Notes: a model not told the origin generated them from the sequence alone. Positions 35,839 through 48,235 are shown, counted from the whole stretch's first letter. The stretch: 61,662 nt of DNA, filler included, from Asterionella formosa (GCA_002256025.1; 6 parts of 6 records of this genome joined end to end with filler, not necessarily neighbours in it), one strand, 5' to 3'. Made by a program: numbers and translations.

Positions 35839-36867
35839 TTAGCTTCGGTCTTGGATGTAAGCCGTTGTTGGTGCCGAAATGTAGTTAGCACGTATGTTCG
35901 TCGAATTATAGTTCGAACTTTGTCTTCTAATAATGTCCAATATGAATCTAGCCATCTTGCCTCCACCTATCGCCGAAGGCTCCACTCTCGCCACAAAATC
36001 CTCGCTTTGTTTCCCATCTAGTACAGTGAAGAGTGGTACAGGAATTACGTCTGTTCCAGCTATGTCAATCCGGCTTGTTGCGAGCTCAAACGTTTTCCGA
36101 ATCATCAACTGTAGCTTGGCTGGGAACGAGTTGTACCTCAAGGCCTCTAGTGCCATTCCTGCCCATGAAGGAATTATTGCTTCGTCGGGGTAGTAAATCA
36201 TACATACAAGGATCATTTTCGGCTTTGTTTTGCGTGTCAACGCTTGAATGTACTTTTGAGTGCGTACGCCAAACAGATGTCGAAAGTAGCCAGTGCATGG
36301 TGGGAAAGCACAAGCACACGATAGGAGCGAAGGCCCACCACCCCAGCATGCATCATCCACTGGGCAAGTTGCACACGAGCATGCGTGTTCCAAACAGGCG
36401 ATCGGCAACGACAGCAAACCAATCATGGAGCAAATGGTGCATGGTGTCGGCGCCATGGCAATATCATTTCCACCAATGGAAACCACTAAAATATCATTTC
36501 TGGCTAAGTTGTCACGAATAAAAATGTCTTGAGGCCTCAATGTGAACGAACGTTCATTGAGAGTTGTCGCCTCCACTGCCCCATTGATGGCCACGAGCCT
36601 GGGCCCGTCTTGTTGCTGACTTATGGCATTCAACCAATACGTAACATCGCAAACAGAGATTGGGGGGTCTAAAATGTCCTGGTAAGCACCGACAGAGGGA
36701 CGACGGTCCCGAAACCAGTATTTATTGTCCAGAGAGGAGTCGCCGGCTGTCCAAATGATTGCGTCGGACGACTCCCGCAGCATGGGTAATAAAGCATCAA
36801 GATGCTCTATCTTGTGACCGTAGAACTCATTGTAAAACGACGAGCTTGAGATCTTTGACATTCTCAT
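35839..36867 (-). CDS. SGNH/GDSL-hydrolase-like protein
   Basis: Block I WTAGDSSLDN, block III VSIGGND and block V-like RVEPSAIGG. Likely start ATG at 36867 or 36861. Confidence 0.75.
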   Translation of the reverse strand: MRMSKISSSSFYNEFYGHKIEHLDALLPMLRESSDAIIWTAGDSSLDNKYWFRDRRPSVGAYQDILDPPISVCDVTYWLNAISQQQDGPRLVAINGAVEATTLNERSFTLRPQDIFIRDNLARNDILVVSIGGNDIAMAPTPCTICSMIGLLSLPIACLEHACSCATCPVDDACWGGGPSLLSCACAFPPCTGYFRHLFGVRTQKYIQALTRKTKPKMILVCMIYYPDEAIIPSWAGMALEALRYNSFPAKLQLMIRKTFELATSRIDIAGTDVIPVPLFTVLDGKQSEDFVARVEPSAIGGGKMARFILDIIRRQSSNYNSTNIRANYISAPTTAYIQDRS

Positions 36868-37575
36868 CAAATTCAATAAAGCAATAATTTTGATGTGAGG
36901 TACGGTACTCAGGAGTATTATACACTGCCGGACTGTTACGTCATATCTGATGAAATCCAAATCATCAGAATTTTTTACGAGGTGAAATCTACTGAATTGA
37001 AGCTATTTATTTAGCTTTCCGAAATTTTCATTGGTCAGTTGCAACTTTTGAGAAAGCTTTAAAATAAAATAAAGTCTGGAATGCTGCCAAGATTTGCCCA
37101 GAGATGAAGAATTCGAAAATCGCGAAGCGCGTCGATTTCATAATTTCGGAGATTCATCACTTATATGTCTGTTCGTAGAAACCTTCATCGGCTATTTTCT
37201 CCCTGTGATCAGAAGACGGCAAAGCTAGCACAGTGAACAATACAACTTCACCATAAATATTACATCATCACACACCTCCTGCTAGGAAACCTACATACGA
37301 CAATGGTGCATGATGATGGATGGACTATGGTCCAACACAAATTTAGTAAGAAAAAGCGCCACACAGGGCGCCACGTCAACACAGAACTGACCAGCACTTC
37401 GATTGCCAGATCAAATGCTCACTTAATTAATTATCTGGTTTACAATCAATTTGACCACTCTGTGTGAACATTCCCCTCATCCCTGTTGTCTTATTGGCAC
37501 AGTTGGGGGATGCAAATACTGTAGTTTCAACATAATTAAGTAAAGGTTGAAGTAATAGCAGCAAAATGGGGACCA

Positions 37576-37930
37576 GTGACAATGATGGCCCCAGGGGTGA
37601 CAATACAAGCACTCCACCAAAGGAAAAGAAGGAATCAGTGGAGAATGAAAAAACAAAACAAGTATGGGTACCACAAGCCCATGATACCAAGACAGCCCAA
37701 GTTTGAGGGCAAGTGTGATGACCTAAAGGGCCACATTTATGACTGTTCTGATGTCAGACAGTCAGATATCTTCATGAAGACAACAAAGGAGACTGGAGAA
37801 TTCGTTGGAGGGACATACAAGTATGGTGGGGACATCCGGTTGGTTGTTGAGAATTTGGAGTTACCAGTTATGGCCAAACCAAGTGACCCACCTGAAAACG
37901 CGACCAGAACTCAAGAAAGGATCTGGGAAA
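37576..37930 (+). pseudogene. Copia gag N-terminal remnant
   Basis: KFEGKCDDLKGHIYDCS..QSDIFMKTTKETGEFVGGTYKYGGDI resembles the gag N-terminus of diatom CoDi elements. The similarity breaks off abruptly near 37930. Confidence 0.7.
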
Positions 37931-40900
37931 CGTCTGCAAATAAAAACCATCATATTTCCATGATGCATCATAGGATTATGATCATCTGATCATAATTTTT
38001 CGTTATATCATCTAATAATTTTGATAAATGCCCTCGTAATTTAAATAGTAACCCTTTTGACAATGGAAATTTAATTATTATATGTATTGTTTCTTTTAGG
38101 TTCCTTTATTTAAATTTCTTGGTAGGATCATGTACCAGTTAGAGTAATGTGGTTTGGCTCATCATCCTTGCCAGTCCTCACTCTGATTCTTGCAACAACG
38201 ACGAACCAGCCTTGTTGAGAGGAACGAGTGTTTGTGATAAAATCTTCTTTTGTCGTTCAAGTCATCATATGTCTTCGATGAATCATCATCTACATTGCAC
38301 AGTATGTTCATACTATGCAATCCGTTAAGAGCTTGAAAAGAAATCCAATGAAAACGAAATGCCTCATCACACAAGACGAATATTTCCGGCCAGTCTGTCA
38401 CCAGAGCATCAATCAGTGTTACAACCTCAATCATAGCTAAACAACATCCATTATAGAACAGCACAATCTACTTCTCCGTAACATCGTCTCTCTAACAAGA
38501 ACGTAATACATCTAGAATTGAAACGGAGAATAGCAGGCAATATGCACAAAGAAGCATGAGACTGTCTATTTGTAGTAACAGAATGATTCTGGTTTTGTAA
38601 TTTTCATGTCTCATTAGATTTTCTTTGTCATCGTTCTAGTTCCTTACCTTTAAAGACAGGAGCGTATTCTTTGATGTATCTGGAATATTTCAATGGATGG
38701 CAGCAGTTGGTATTAGACACAAACCTCGACAAAAGCACTTGTACCTTGTAGATGTTCATGAAAAGCGAGACACTTTGGCCTATCGAACACCAGCCAGTCT
38801 ATACTGCAAAAATGCAAGAAGCACAATTTGAATGACCATTTATGGATTCAAGTTTCAGTAGTGCAACAATGTAAAATATTAGAAACCGGAAGTCACATTT
38901 CATCTAATTACGGTTTTCATTAGCTATACTATCTAGTATTGATTGGTACAAGGAAGCAATGGTAGAATGGCTGCCAAACGGGCGGGGGCAAACACAGAGA
39001 ATCCTACTAATTTTTCTCCCCAATGATCCCAGTCCCTTCTTGAATGTCACTTGCTACAGAAAATGGAGAACAGCCACCATAATCTCTGTTGATTGTTGCT
39101 TTATGGTGCCACTGACCAAAACCTCGAGAAATCTCAATGAGTTGCTTGTTTCTTGACTTGAATGCAAAGGGATCGAAACCAGTAGAAAAATCCAAGGGAA
39201 CTAAAAATGCTCTGCAAACATCAGGACAATTGTGAAAGAGAAATGATGGTTCTTGGGAGGAGAAGTAAAGGGATAATTGCTTGTTCTGGTCTTGCGGGAA
39301 CAAGAATAGATTGACCCAAAAAATGTTGACAAATAGGTACCTACGGGAAAAGGAAGCAATGCTTTCAGCATCATCAATCTATACACAAGCCTGCGCCACC
39401 TGATGTCGTCAATATAGCTACCTCGACTTCATTAATGAAGAAGTCAATGGGTGGAGCATGTGAGGAAAATCGGGGTTGAGGTTTTCTTGACGCCAACGTG
39501 GACCTGCTTGGCTGAACTCCTTGCAGATGAAGGCATTGAGTAACCTGGACCTGTGAAGCCAAAGGATAGTAAAGAAAAATCTATGACAAGGGTGGTGAGA
39601 TAGTGTTTAGGAGGGGGGAGCAAAAGTTATCATAGCTGAACGCATTCGAAACTTGTATAGACAATAGCAGATGGTGGCATGCCATGGCTGCTCTTGGCTG
39701 ACAGCTGCCAAGTCAAGTACAAGCACAACGAGGGTGCACAGAAGACAGTCCAATTTTAATCGACTGGCTGATACTTAGTTGTGAGACTCACCATTCTGCA
39801 ATGGGGCGGACTTTGATCATTGCTTTTTTCAAAGCACAATCAATTCGAATGCTGTCCATTGAAACAGCCAATGAAAACAATTGTGGCGAAAAAGCACAGA
39901 ACAGATCAAGAGATTTCATAGGAATTAAAATAACAACAGCAGGGCATATATAATGCACTGCTCCTTGTGTAGACTAGCTATATTTGATCATTTCCATATT
40001 TCATACTATACAGGTGCAGCATGGATGACTCCTCCCGCCCTTTCATTAGCTAGATATGCAGCCATGTTGCGATAATTCTACAGGACCTATAGGATTGGAA
40101 GTCTGGTGGTCATCACTCCCGCATTGTATATACCAGTAGGAGTCATGTATGCATGCATGCTGCGATAATTCTTACAAGTCATAAAAATTTGGTAGCTTGG
40201 GAGTTATCACTTCCGGACTGTATACAGGGGAGGAAGGGGTTGCATGCATGAGCAACGACTACTACGGTATAAACTATGATCTTTAATCGATGATTCTTGA
40301 TTCGTTTTTCCTATAACTTTGATCATAACATATTGATCATATGATGAACGGTGTCGTTGATGAGAAAATGAACGATCAACATTTATTTTCAAGAATCAGG
40401 ATTAATTGATCTTAGAAATATGATCAAATGATCCTAAACACATGAGCATATTCAGTTTTCCGCTGCACTATTGTGGTATTTCCATGATGGAAGACCAGCA
40501 ATTATACAGTACTACCTGTAGGCCATCTGAACTTTGGTCAATATGTCTGTATACATAAATGTATGATTTCGACCATTTCAAAAATTGGTGATGACTCCCG
40601 TTTATTTAGGTGCTTAATTAAATCAGCCACTGACTTGTAGGTACAAGAATTGACACACAAAAAATTGAAAAAACTCAACAGGTCGTGGAAAACTATGAAC
40701 TCATCATGCATTGTATATATTTGAATTATGTATAATCAAAATTGATATTAGTATACACAGGATGTGCCGTATAATGAGCGTGTTTAAGACTATGCAAATG
40801 TTCAACTATATATACATTTAAACTTCTTACAAATCTTTATTATATATGTATTCATGGCTGAAACATTTGAAATCATGTTTTCATGCATACACTTTGCTCC

Positions 40901-41091
40901 TGAAATGAAGGATTAACACAGATGTTGACGCCGAAAACGAAAGTGATAATACAGCACAATGATACTTGCGGCTTAGAAGAGAAGGGCGGAATCAATTGAT
41001 GGTAAGGAAAGACCAAATGCCTTTCATGTTCCTTGTCATGCTGCGTCCACTTCCTGAAATGAAGGATCTCAAGCAACACATGATGCGAAAA

Positions 41092-41191
41092 NNNNNNNNN
41101 NNNNNNNNNNNNNNNNNNNNNNNNNNNNNNNNNNNTTAATTAATTAANNNNNNNNNNNNNNNNNNNNNNNNNNNNNNNNNNNNNNNNNNNN
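41092..41191. other. Artificial contig spacer
   Basis: N44-TTAATTAATTAA-N44. Confidence 0.99.
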
Positions 41192-41572
41192 ACGTATCGA
41201 AAGAATCAGTCGCAAGTCGACTTTCCTGAAAGACTCCCTCTTCACGAAGGCGATGGGTTCTTGTCGGAATTCTTGGCTTCTGATGTCACCATCCCTGAGC
41301 GTTCCTGTAGTTCAATGATTCCTTGGGTTGGAGACGATGCTTCCATGTACGACGTAGATGCTCGAACTTACAATATTCGAAGTGTGGTTAACCATTTCGG
41401 TTCATCAGCGAGTTGTGGGCACTACACTGCGGATTCAAGTCGATTGTATCATACCGGGGAGAGGAAATGGACGAGATTTAATGATTCCGTCGTTTCTAGT
41501 TTAAGCAAGGATGAAGCGATGGGAGCGTTTGCTAAGAAAACTGCTTATATGGTCATGTATGAGCTGGAGTGA
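41192..41572 (+). CDS. Ubiquitin-specific protease (USP, peptidase C19), 3' end only
   Basis: Frame is open from the contig start; His box SVVNHFGSSASCGHYTAD, WTRFNDSVV and terminal AYMVMYE. Confidence 0.92.
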   Translation, partial: TYRKNQSQVDFPERLPLHEGDGFLSEFLASDVTIPERSCSSMIPWVGDDASMYDVDARTYNIRSVVNHFGSSASCGHYTADSSRLYHTGERKWTRFNDSVVSSLSKDEAMGAFAKKTAYMVMYELE

Positions 41573-41873
41573 ACGATGCGGAATGATAAAGTATGAAGTT
41601 TATGTTTTTTGGGGGCTTAGTGTTGAATAATTAGTAAGTGATTGATAGAAAGAACAGCGTTTTCATTCAAGTCTTTTTTGAAGCATTCAGTCCAATACAG
41701 AATATGTTGATTTATTATCTAATCTATTTGTGAAATTTCTATTGGGTCTAATATTGCGGCGTATGTGAAAGTGAAGAATGAAAACCAATACGAAAGCACA
41801 ACAACTTGCCAGTTTCTGGATAAACATGGAATCGAATTTGGAATGGTGACCTAGTTGCTGTAATTAACGGATG

Positions 41874-42389
41874 TCAATAATCGGCATACATATCCTCGCC
41901 TAAGAATGCATAATCTCCAAGTTTGGTAATCCTCTTGTCTGTATAGTCAATTGCTTCAAACCATGTGCGGTCATTAGGCGTGTCATTGTCAAGTTCGGTG
42001 TTGGTCAACGCTTCCAACTTGTTGAAATTTTCGCATGTCTGAGCTGCCACCTTGGTTGGAGGCACATGCAAGTTGTCTTCGTCATAATCTTCGTCATAAA
42101 ATGTCAAATATCTATCCAGAGTTCGCCCAAGTGACACGTTTCCAAGCAGCTGACCTTGATATTCGACTTTGCCCATTATTTTGTCGTAATCATCCATTTT
42201 GGCAGCACTCGAAGTGTAGTAGCTCCCAGAATTGAGATTGACTTCCTTCAAATGAACGCTCTGAAAGTAGCGGATTGAAAGATAATTCGCTGTAGTGGTG
42301 CCTTTCATAGCAAAGGTCGACTTGCTAGCTGTGGTTACCCGTGCCGAGCAAGCAAGGCCTTGGTTCATGACAATTTTCACTGTCAACAT
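41874..42389 (-). CDS. Hypothetical ORF of unknown nature (possibly a gene fragment)
   Basis: 171-aa ATG-initiated ORF with protein-like composition; no motif recognised. Confidence 0.3.
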   Translation of the reverse strand: MLTVKIVMNQGLACSARVTTASKSTFAMKGTTTANYLSIRYFQSVHLKEVNLNSGSYYTSSAAKMDDYDKIMGKVEYQGQLLGNVSLGRTLDRYLTFYDEDYDEDNLHVPPTKVAAQTCENFNKLEALTNTELDNDTPNDRTWFEAIDYTDKRITKLGDYAFLGEDMYADY

Positions 42390-42543
42390 GGTGATCGTTT
42401 CGTCTCCTTGATTCTTGTTAGTTCACTACCAGTACTCTTTCTCTTAATACCTTAAAATTGCACTCAATTATTGCTCCCTCAAACTTTTGTGAGACATGAA
42501 ATAATAATAAAAAATCAAGTTGACATCTACCAAGGATCATGTT

Positions 42544-42938
42544 TCTTTTTCATATATTTTAGACACCATGCTGAAACCTGCCTGGTGACATCATCGTTCT
42601 TTCCTAGCTTTGTGCCCATTTATTGCTACCGGTATGTATCATATAAGTTTGTGTAAACTGAACTTTTGGTTGTACCAGGTACCAGGTACCAGGTACCAGG
42701 TGCCAGGTGCCAGGTACCCTGGTAGCATGTACCTGGTACCTGGTACCAAATCTTTTTCATTTACCGGTATTTTAGACACCATGCTGAAACCTGCCTGGTG
42801 ACATCATCGTTCTTTCCTAGCTTTGTGCGCATTTATTACTATGTATCATATAATAATAAGTTTGTGTAAACTGAACTTTTGGTTGTACCAGGTACCAGGT
42901 ACCAGGTGCCAGGTAGCAGGTACCTGGTACCTGGTACC
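42544..42938. repeat. ~200-bp tandem duplication ending in (GGTACCW)n arrays
   Basis: Copies start at 42544 and 42751 (TCTTTTTCAT...TTTTAGACACCATGCTGAAACCTGCC...) and differ by CCGGTA insertions and heptamer copy number. Confidence 0.92.
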
Positions 42939-42990
42939 GATACTTCAAACAATACATACTTGAATACGGGTACCAGTACCAGGTACCTGG

Positions 42991-45062
42991 TGAGCGATGT
43001 CGCTCAACTACAGAAATACCTACAAGGTTAGGTTTACATAGGTATATCAGAACTCTATCAGGAGAGAACTCGACTAACACCTTCTTGAATACTTTAGTGT
43101 CAACCTAGGAGATCGAGTTGCACACAAGGATTAACTAATAAGCTCATATGTTCAACAAATACTACTACTTCTAGTTAGATACTTCACTTTGAATTCAAAA
43201 AGAGTCCAATTAGAATTTATAATGTTGATTTCCTCTCAAGTTCCAGTGGTCCCATTGATGAAGGATAACAACATGATAAACATCAAGACTCAGACCTCTT
43301 TGTGTATCCTTACAATCCAGGTCGATATTTGGAGTCTTTCCACAAAGATATGATCAATTGACACTCAGGGGAAGCTTGTTGATTGATTTCAGTAAATCCC
43401 ATGATATTGCTAACACATATACCTTCAGTCCAGCAGATTACTTGCTTGTTCACCTACTGCTACAAAAGATGGCTCACAGATATCGTCTTGTCTGACTGGA
43501 TGAGCGTTGCAATACACCCAGATGCTCAGTCCCACCATAACAGTCTCAACAAGAAAGTCATGGTGATGTGGCTGGAAGATTACCTTCTTCATGATATCTC
43601 TGAGAGTCAATAACTGCCATGATATTACTCAATAAAACATTTCAACATGTTTATAATCGACTTCGCTGCCTGTCTCAAGACCTTAAAGAACCTCCTAAAA
43701 CTCATGATAACTCATCCAGAAGATCAAGAGGTTTCCGCCAAGGAAGATTTGAGGTTGATTGTCATTTTGCTTGATCAACAATGCGTGGCAACAAGTGTTT
43801 GAATGGAACAATGAAAAGAACACAAAATAATTGAATCACTTGGTTTTGACTTACTTCAAGAGTCAACAATCATTCAAAGATCAACTCAAGCACATCCTCA
43901 AGCATGAGTTCTACCATAAGCCAAAATCGACTTCGCATCGCTGAAGGCAATCGTGTTATGTCGAGAGAACACGCGTGCCTGGTGTCAATTTTCTAACACA
44001 AAATCGTATATACATAGTTGAAGTTGAAGACAATCCAGTGATGCGCGCATCAAGAAACCAAGCGGGACTGGTGTCAAATTTTTAACACGAAATTGTCTTT
44101 ATTTAGTTGAAGTTGAAGTCAACTATATAATGCATCAAGAAACCAAGCGTGATGACTTGTATAATGCATCAAGAAAACAAGTGTGTGAATAAATAAAAAT
44201 TGTACACAATATTTTGACACAAAGCGGTTGTGGCAGTGTACATGCAATCATGATCGCAGCCAGCCATGCATGCAGTTGTGAACCAACAGCTAAACATCAG
44301 GCCCCTCAAGTTATCTTACTACTAACACTACTTACACTGCTAACCCACTTACTGTTCCTCTTGCATGGAAATTCTACGTATAACAAATTATCATGCTGAC
44401 ACAGCTAACCCTATTCATGTTTTCTGCCTTGCATGCATATTTTCTTCAAATCCATGGGTTAATTCTATGAGGATGTCTGGTTAGGACTTTTATGAATCTG
44501 CCCAGGAAACTTTAGTGGTCATGAACCCTCCTGATGGTCAGCTAGTGGCCTATGTGCCTAACAAAAAGCAGCCGAATGCTGAACAGATTGCACATGTGCA
44601 ACAATAGCAATGCTATTATTATATATACATGATGAACCTTTGCATATGTCTCCTGTCCGTCATCACCTGGATATCATTTGCTATTTACAGCAGGAGGATA
44701 ATTACGGTCTGGATACCGCATTTTTTTAATGTGGGATATTCAAATTGCATGGCAGGATTCATGTATCCCATTCATGATATCACGAACTATACATACTACT
44801 GAACGAATTAATATTTGTCATATCAAACCTTTTCATAGGTGCAAGGTTTTTCTTGGTGTGGGAGAGTGAGCGATCTCGCTCAACTACAGAAATACCTATA
44901 AGGTTAGGTTTACATAGGTATATCAGAACTCTATCAGGAGAGAACTCGACTAACACCTTCTTGAATACTTTAGTGTCAACCTAGGAGATCGAGTTGCACA
45001 CAAGGATTAACTAATAAGCTCATATATTCAACAAATACTACTACTTCTAGTTAGATACTTCA
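42991..45062 (+). mobile_element. Non-autonomous LTR retroelement (TRIM/LARD-like, 2072 bp)
   Basis: 196-bp LTRs TG...CA at 42991-43186 and 44867-45062 (3 differences), TSD CCTGG on both sides, purine tract GGTGTGGGAGAG before the 3' LTR, and no long internal ORF. Confidence 0.93.
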
Positions 45063-45574
45063 CCTGGTACCTGGTACCGGTCCTGCAATTCGTATGTACA
45101 TCATATCTTCCAATGCTCCCCCTTTCCGAAGCAAGGTGTCAAGTTTGCATTGTTGTCGCTTGTGTTATGGGTTCGCCAGCTATGGAGGTCAGCTTTTTAA
45201 ATGCTCTGTGTCACATTCTTTATGTTTTTTAGAAAGCAATCTTGTGATTAAGCTTTTCGACATGTGATTACCAGGAGATTCGTTCATGGTGGTGCCATTT
45301 GTGCCTTCATCTTTGTCTCTCGGATGAGTTGTTTTCATGGTGCCATTTGTGCTTTTGTCTTTGTCTTTTGGATGATTCTTCTTGTTCAGCTCCTTCAGCT
45401 AGATGACAGAGGGGGAGGAAATCCAGAACACTGCTGTTATTGTCATTTACAGCAACAAAATCATCACTGTCATCAAGCAGTAACTCCAGAGGCAACAATA
45501 TGATTGATGATGATGCTATGGTTCATGATGGGGAATTTATTTTAATATTATATATTAATAATATACTGTTTAAG

Positions 45575-45680
45575 GAATGGCTTACGGTAGTTGGTTGAGC
45601 ACGTTGCCTTTGATCTGAGGTTGTGAGGTTCGATTCCCGCAATCTTTTTGAGAAGCAATTGTTGGGTTCGACTCCCACAC
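45575..45680 (+). ncRNA. tRNA-like sequence (tRNA pseudogene or SINE head) with duplicated B box
   Basis: A-box/D-arm-like GGTAGTTGGTTGAGC, B box GGTTCGATTCC (45627), a T5 run, then a second T-arm GGGTTCGACTCCCAC (45664). No clean acceptor or anticodon stem. Confidence 0.5.
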
Positions 45681-47959
45681 TCCTTACCATCCCGCACGGT
45701 CTTGCCTGGTGTGCAAGAAATAGTGGGTTGCCCTGGCCCCTACAAACAGCTTGTGCCGCCTTCCTAGGCGGTCGAAGTTTCCCCTAATGCTGCGGCTAAG
45801 ACAATCATCTTTCGTGAAGGGTGGTTGGGGACTCACCTACACTAACAAAACTAGGGAAGCACAGGTCTTGTTGGCAGGCAGCACAATGAATTCTTGCCTT
45901 GAAAAAGGGGAGTAGGAATGGGCTATAAAACAGATTATCATTTTAATAATATACTGTTGTTGCTTGACTGTCAATATTTTCTGGAGGGATATACAGGGGG
46001 AGAATAAAATTTTAGAGTACTTTAAAACTAAACTATGCACTCATGCCTGGATAGACACAGGAGAAAAATTGATAAACTTTAGGGGAGCTCTGCTAATTCA
46101 CCTTTTTGTTTGTTCCATATAACTTCATGAGAGTCTCACATACTGCAGTGCATTCTTCATTATTGTGTACACCCATTTGTAGTGGGGTTGCCCTTGAAGA
46201 GAGGCGGCGGCACTATTGATGATGGTTCCTATGTTGTGAAAGAGGATAGGATAGCGAATGACATCAAGGACAAAGGAGGAGGAGGACAGTAGGGTGAGTC
46301 AATAAATAAACCTGACAAGCTCAATAGGAGTTTGGAAGGTGGTATGTTAAAAGAGTGATTAGAGTATATTTATAGTAGACTTTGTAGAGATAGAGGGTAG
46401 AGCAAGAACACAAGACAGGCGTTCACAGACAAACAGACCAACACATGAATCTACATCATGATAGGACAGTGATTCATAACATCCTACAGTTGTAGGTGTT
46501 GCCTTGTGTGGTGTCTTTTTGTTTTAATGTTTGTGATGCGTTTTTGCAGGGGCAAAAATGCGATGGCTGTATCGATAATGGTTCCTATTCCTGTATTTGT
46601 CTTGTGTGAGTACCTTTTGTCATTTTTTTACCTGTAATTTTTTGCCTGCAATGTTATGGCGACATTACCAATGATGGCTCTTATTCCTGTAGTTCGCTTG
46701 TGTGCTGTCCTTTCATCGTGATATTTGTGATGATTTTGCGCCTGAAACGATGCAGGAATGGCTTTTTCGATGATGGTTCCGATTCCTGTAATTTTTGCAG
46801 CTGATTTCCTATCCTCGTGGTGTGTGTGGTGAGTTTGCGCTTTCGCTGACAATGTGGCGGCAGTATTGATGCTCGTTCTCTTTTCTGTAGTCGTCTTGCG
46901 TGATAGCTTGTCTCTGAGGTTCTTGAGAGTACCGCTGTCGCAATTCGTCTCTTTTTCTTTCGTGTCATTGTAGATTGGATCATACGGAGGCGGGTCTGCT
47001 GTCAGGAGAGTGTATTCTGATTCGAAATCGATCATTGTATAGTCGTTTTTCTCTGTTCCAGTGGTATTCAATAAATCATGAAATGCCAGTGTAGGTACCA
47101 CATGTAGGATGTGCTCTGAAACCGTCATGTTGCTAGTAGGGGGGGGGGGGAGGGGTGCGCCATGGTGGGGAGGATGTACCCCTTGCCCAGGGCACAACCT
47201 AGACTCACCTGTAGACTCCTGGTACAATTTCATTGGTAGTAACTTAGTATGCTGTTTTGCATTCCACTTTTGCGGAATTATTTCTGGAGGGATATATACA
47301 TGATTTTCGCTGGCATGTCGGTATTGAAAATTTATGTTAGACCGTGATACAATTTGATGTGGAGAATGGAGGAAATTCAGTTCATATCGACTTACAGTTG
47401 CTGATACATTTTCAAAAAAATTCAAATGAAGGGATGCCCGATGAGAAATGATAAGAATGGCCCTTAGAATGACATGTGCAACAATGATCATGTACCAGTC
47501 ATGGTATCATAAACTGTGCTTGGTACTTGATACAAAGTACCTGGTACAAGGTGTAACCGATGTATGTACACAAACATACATACATATAATACCATATACC
47601 ACTAGATATTTCATAAAGGAAGCAATATATTTATATGTATACATAGTAGAGCGAAGTTTATATCATATGTAGCCTATCATACCACTTCTGTATACCGGTA
47701 GGCTATAACCTTTATTATTTGTACTTGGTCCAACGATGGATACCAATGATACCTGTGCACATGCATCATCAGCACATTTTTTACGCTTTTTAGGTGTTCT
47801 ATGATACAGGTTTCGGTTACCTGGTACTCCGAGTACTCCATTATAGTCAGAATGTCAGAATAATCATTTGAATATTCCGCTGCTTGTGGGCTTTCCCTCA
47901 ACTTGAACAGCATCATGCCAAACTGTTCCAGATGCTAACAATGAGTAGAGTAAGGACCT

Positions 47960-48235
47960 CTGTACCTAGTACGCTCTTGGTATGATACCCCAGTCCAGTA
48001 TATGTTGGGTGCATGCTCAATGGGGAGAACTGTTATTTGCAATCCTATGAGGCCTGCTGTCATAGTATGATAGGCAAGTGGATGGTACAAGCCTCTTATA
48101 GGATAATCGTGGCATTTGACCCACTCTGGGTGGTTAGTTCCTTTCTGGAATATTTTGGGAATTCCCATGCAATAGAAGGTTTAGCATATTTGTGTCAATA
48201 ATTTGCGTGGTTTCTTTGATAGCGCTAATTACAAC
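47960..48235 (+). repeat. Old LTR-like repeat, diverged copy of ~51125-51380
   Basis: Shared blocks GGTGCATGCTCAAYRGGGAGAAYTGTTAT, GCATTTGACCC and CTGGAATATTTTGGGAATTCCCATGCAA. Confidence 0.8.

Noticed and set aside
38000..41090. Coding remnants in this interval
   Set aside because: Short broken frames with nothing I can assign; probably old TE or gene debris.
42670..42990. (GGTACCA)n as telomeric repeat or restriction-site cloning artefact
   Set aside because: It is not TTAGGG-like, flips orientation, is degenerate, and is interrupted by an LTR element with a matching TSD, so it is genomic.
45575..45645. Functional tRNA gene
   Set aside because: No convincing acceptor or anticodon stem; kept only as tRNA-like.
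45700..45810. HDV-like ribozyme (GCC-TTCCTA-GGC loop, GGCTAAG)
   Set aside because: I could not build a consistent P1/P1.1/P2 double pseudoknot; the GG needed after P1 is missing.
46345..46445. Possible solo LTR (TG...CA with a TATA-like box on the minus strand)
   Set aside because: No second copy or TSD in the window.
46628..47491. 287-aa minus-strand ORF as a real gene
   Set aside because: Low-complexity, repeat-containing sequence among TE debris with no recognisable motif.
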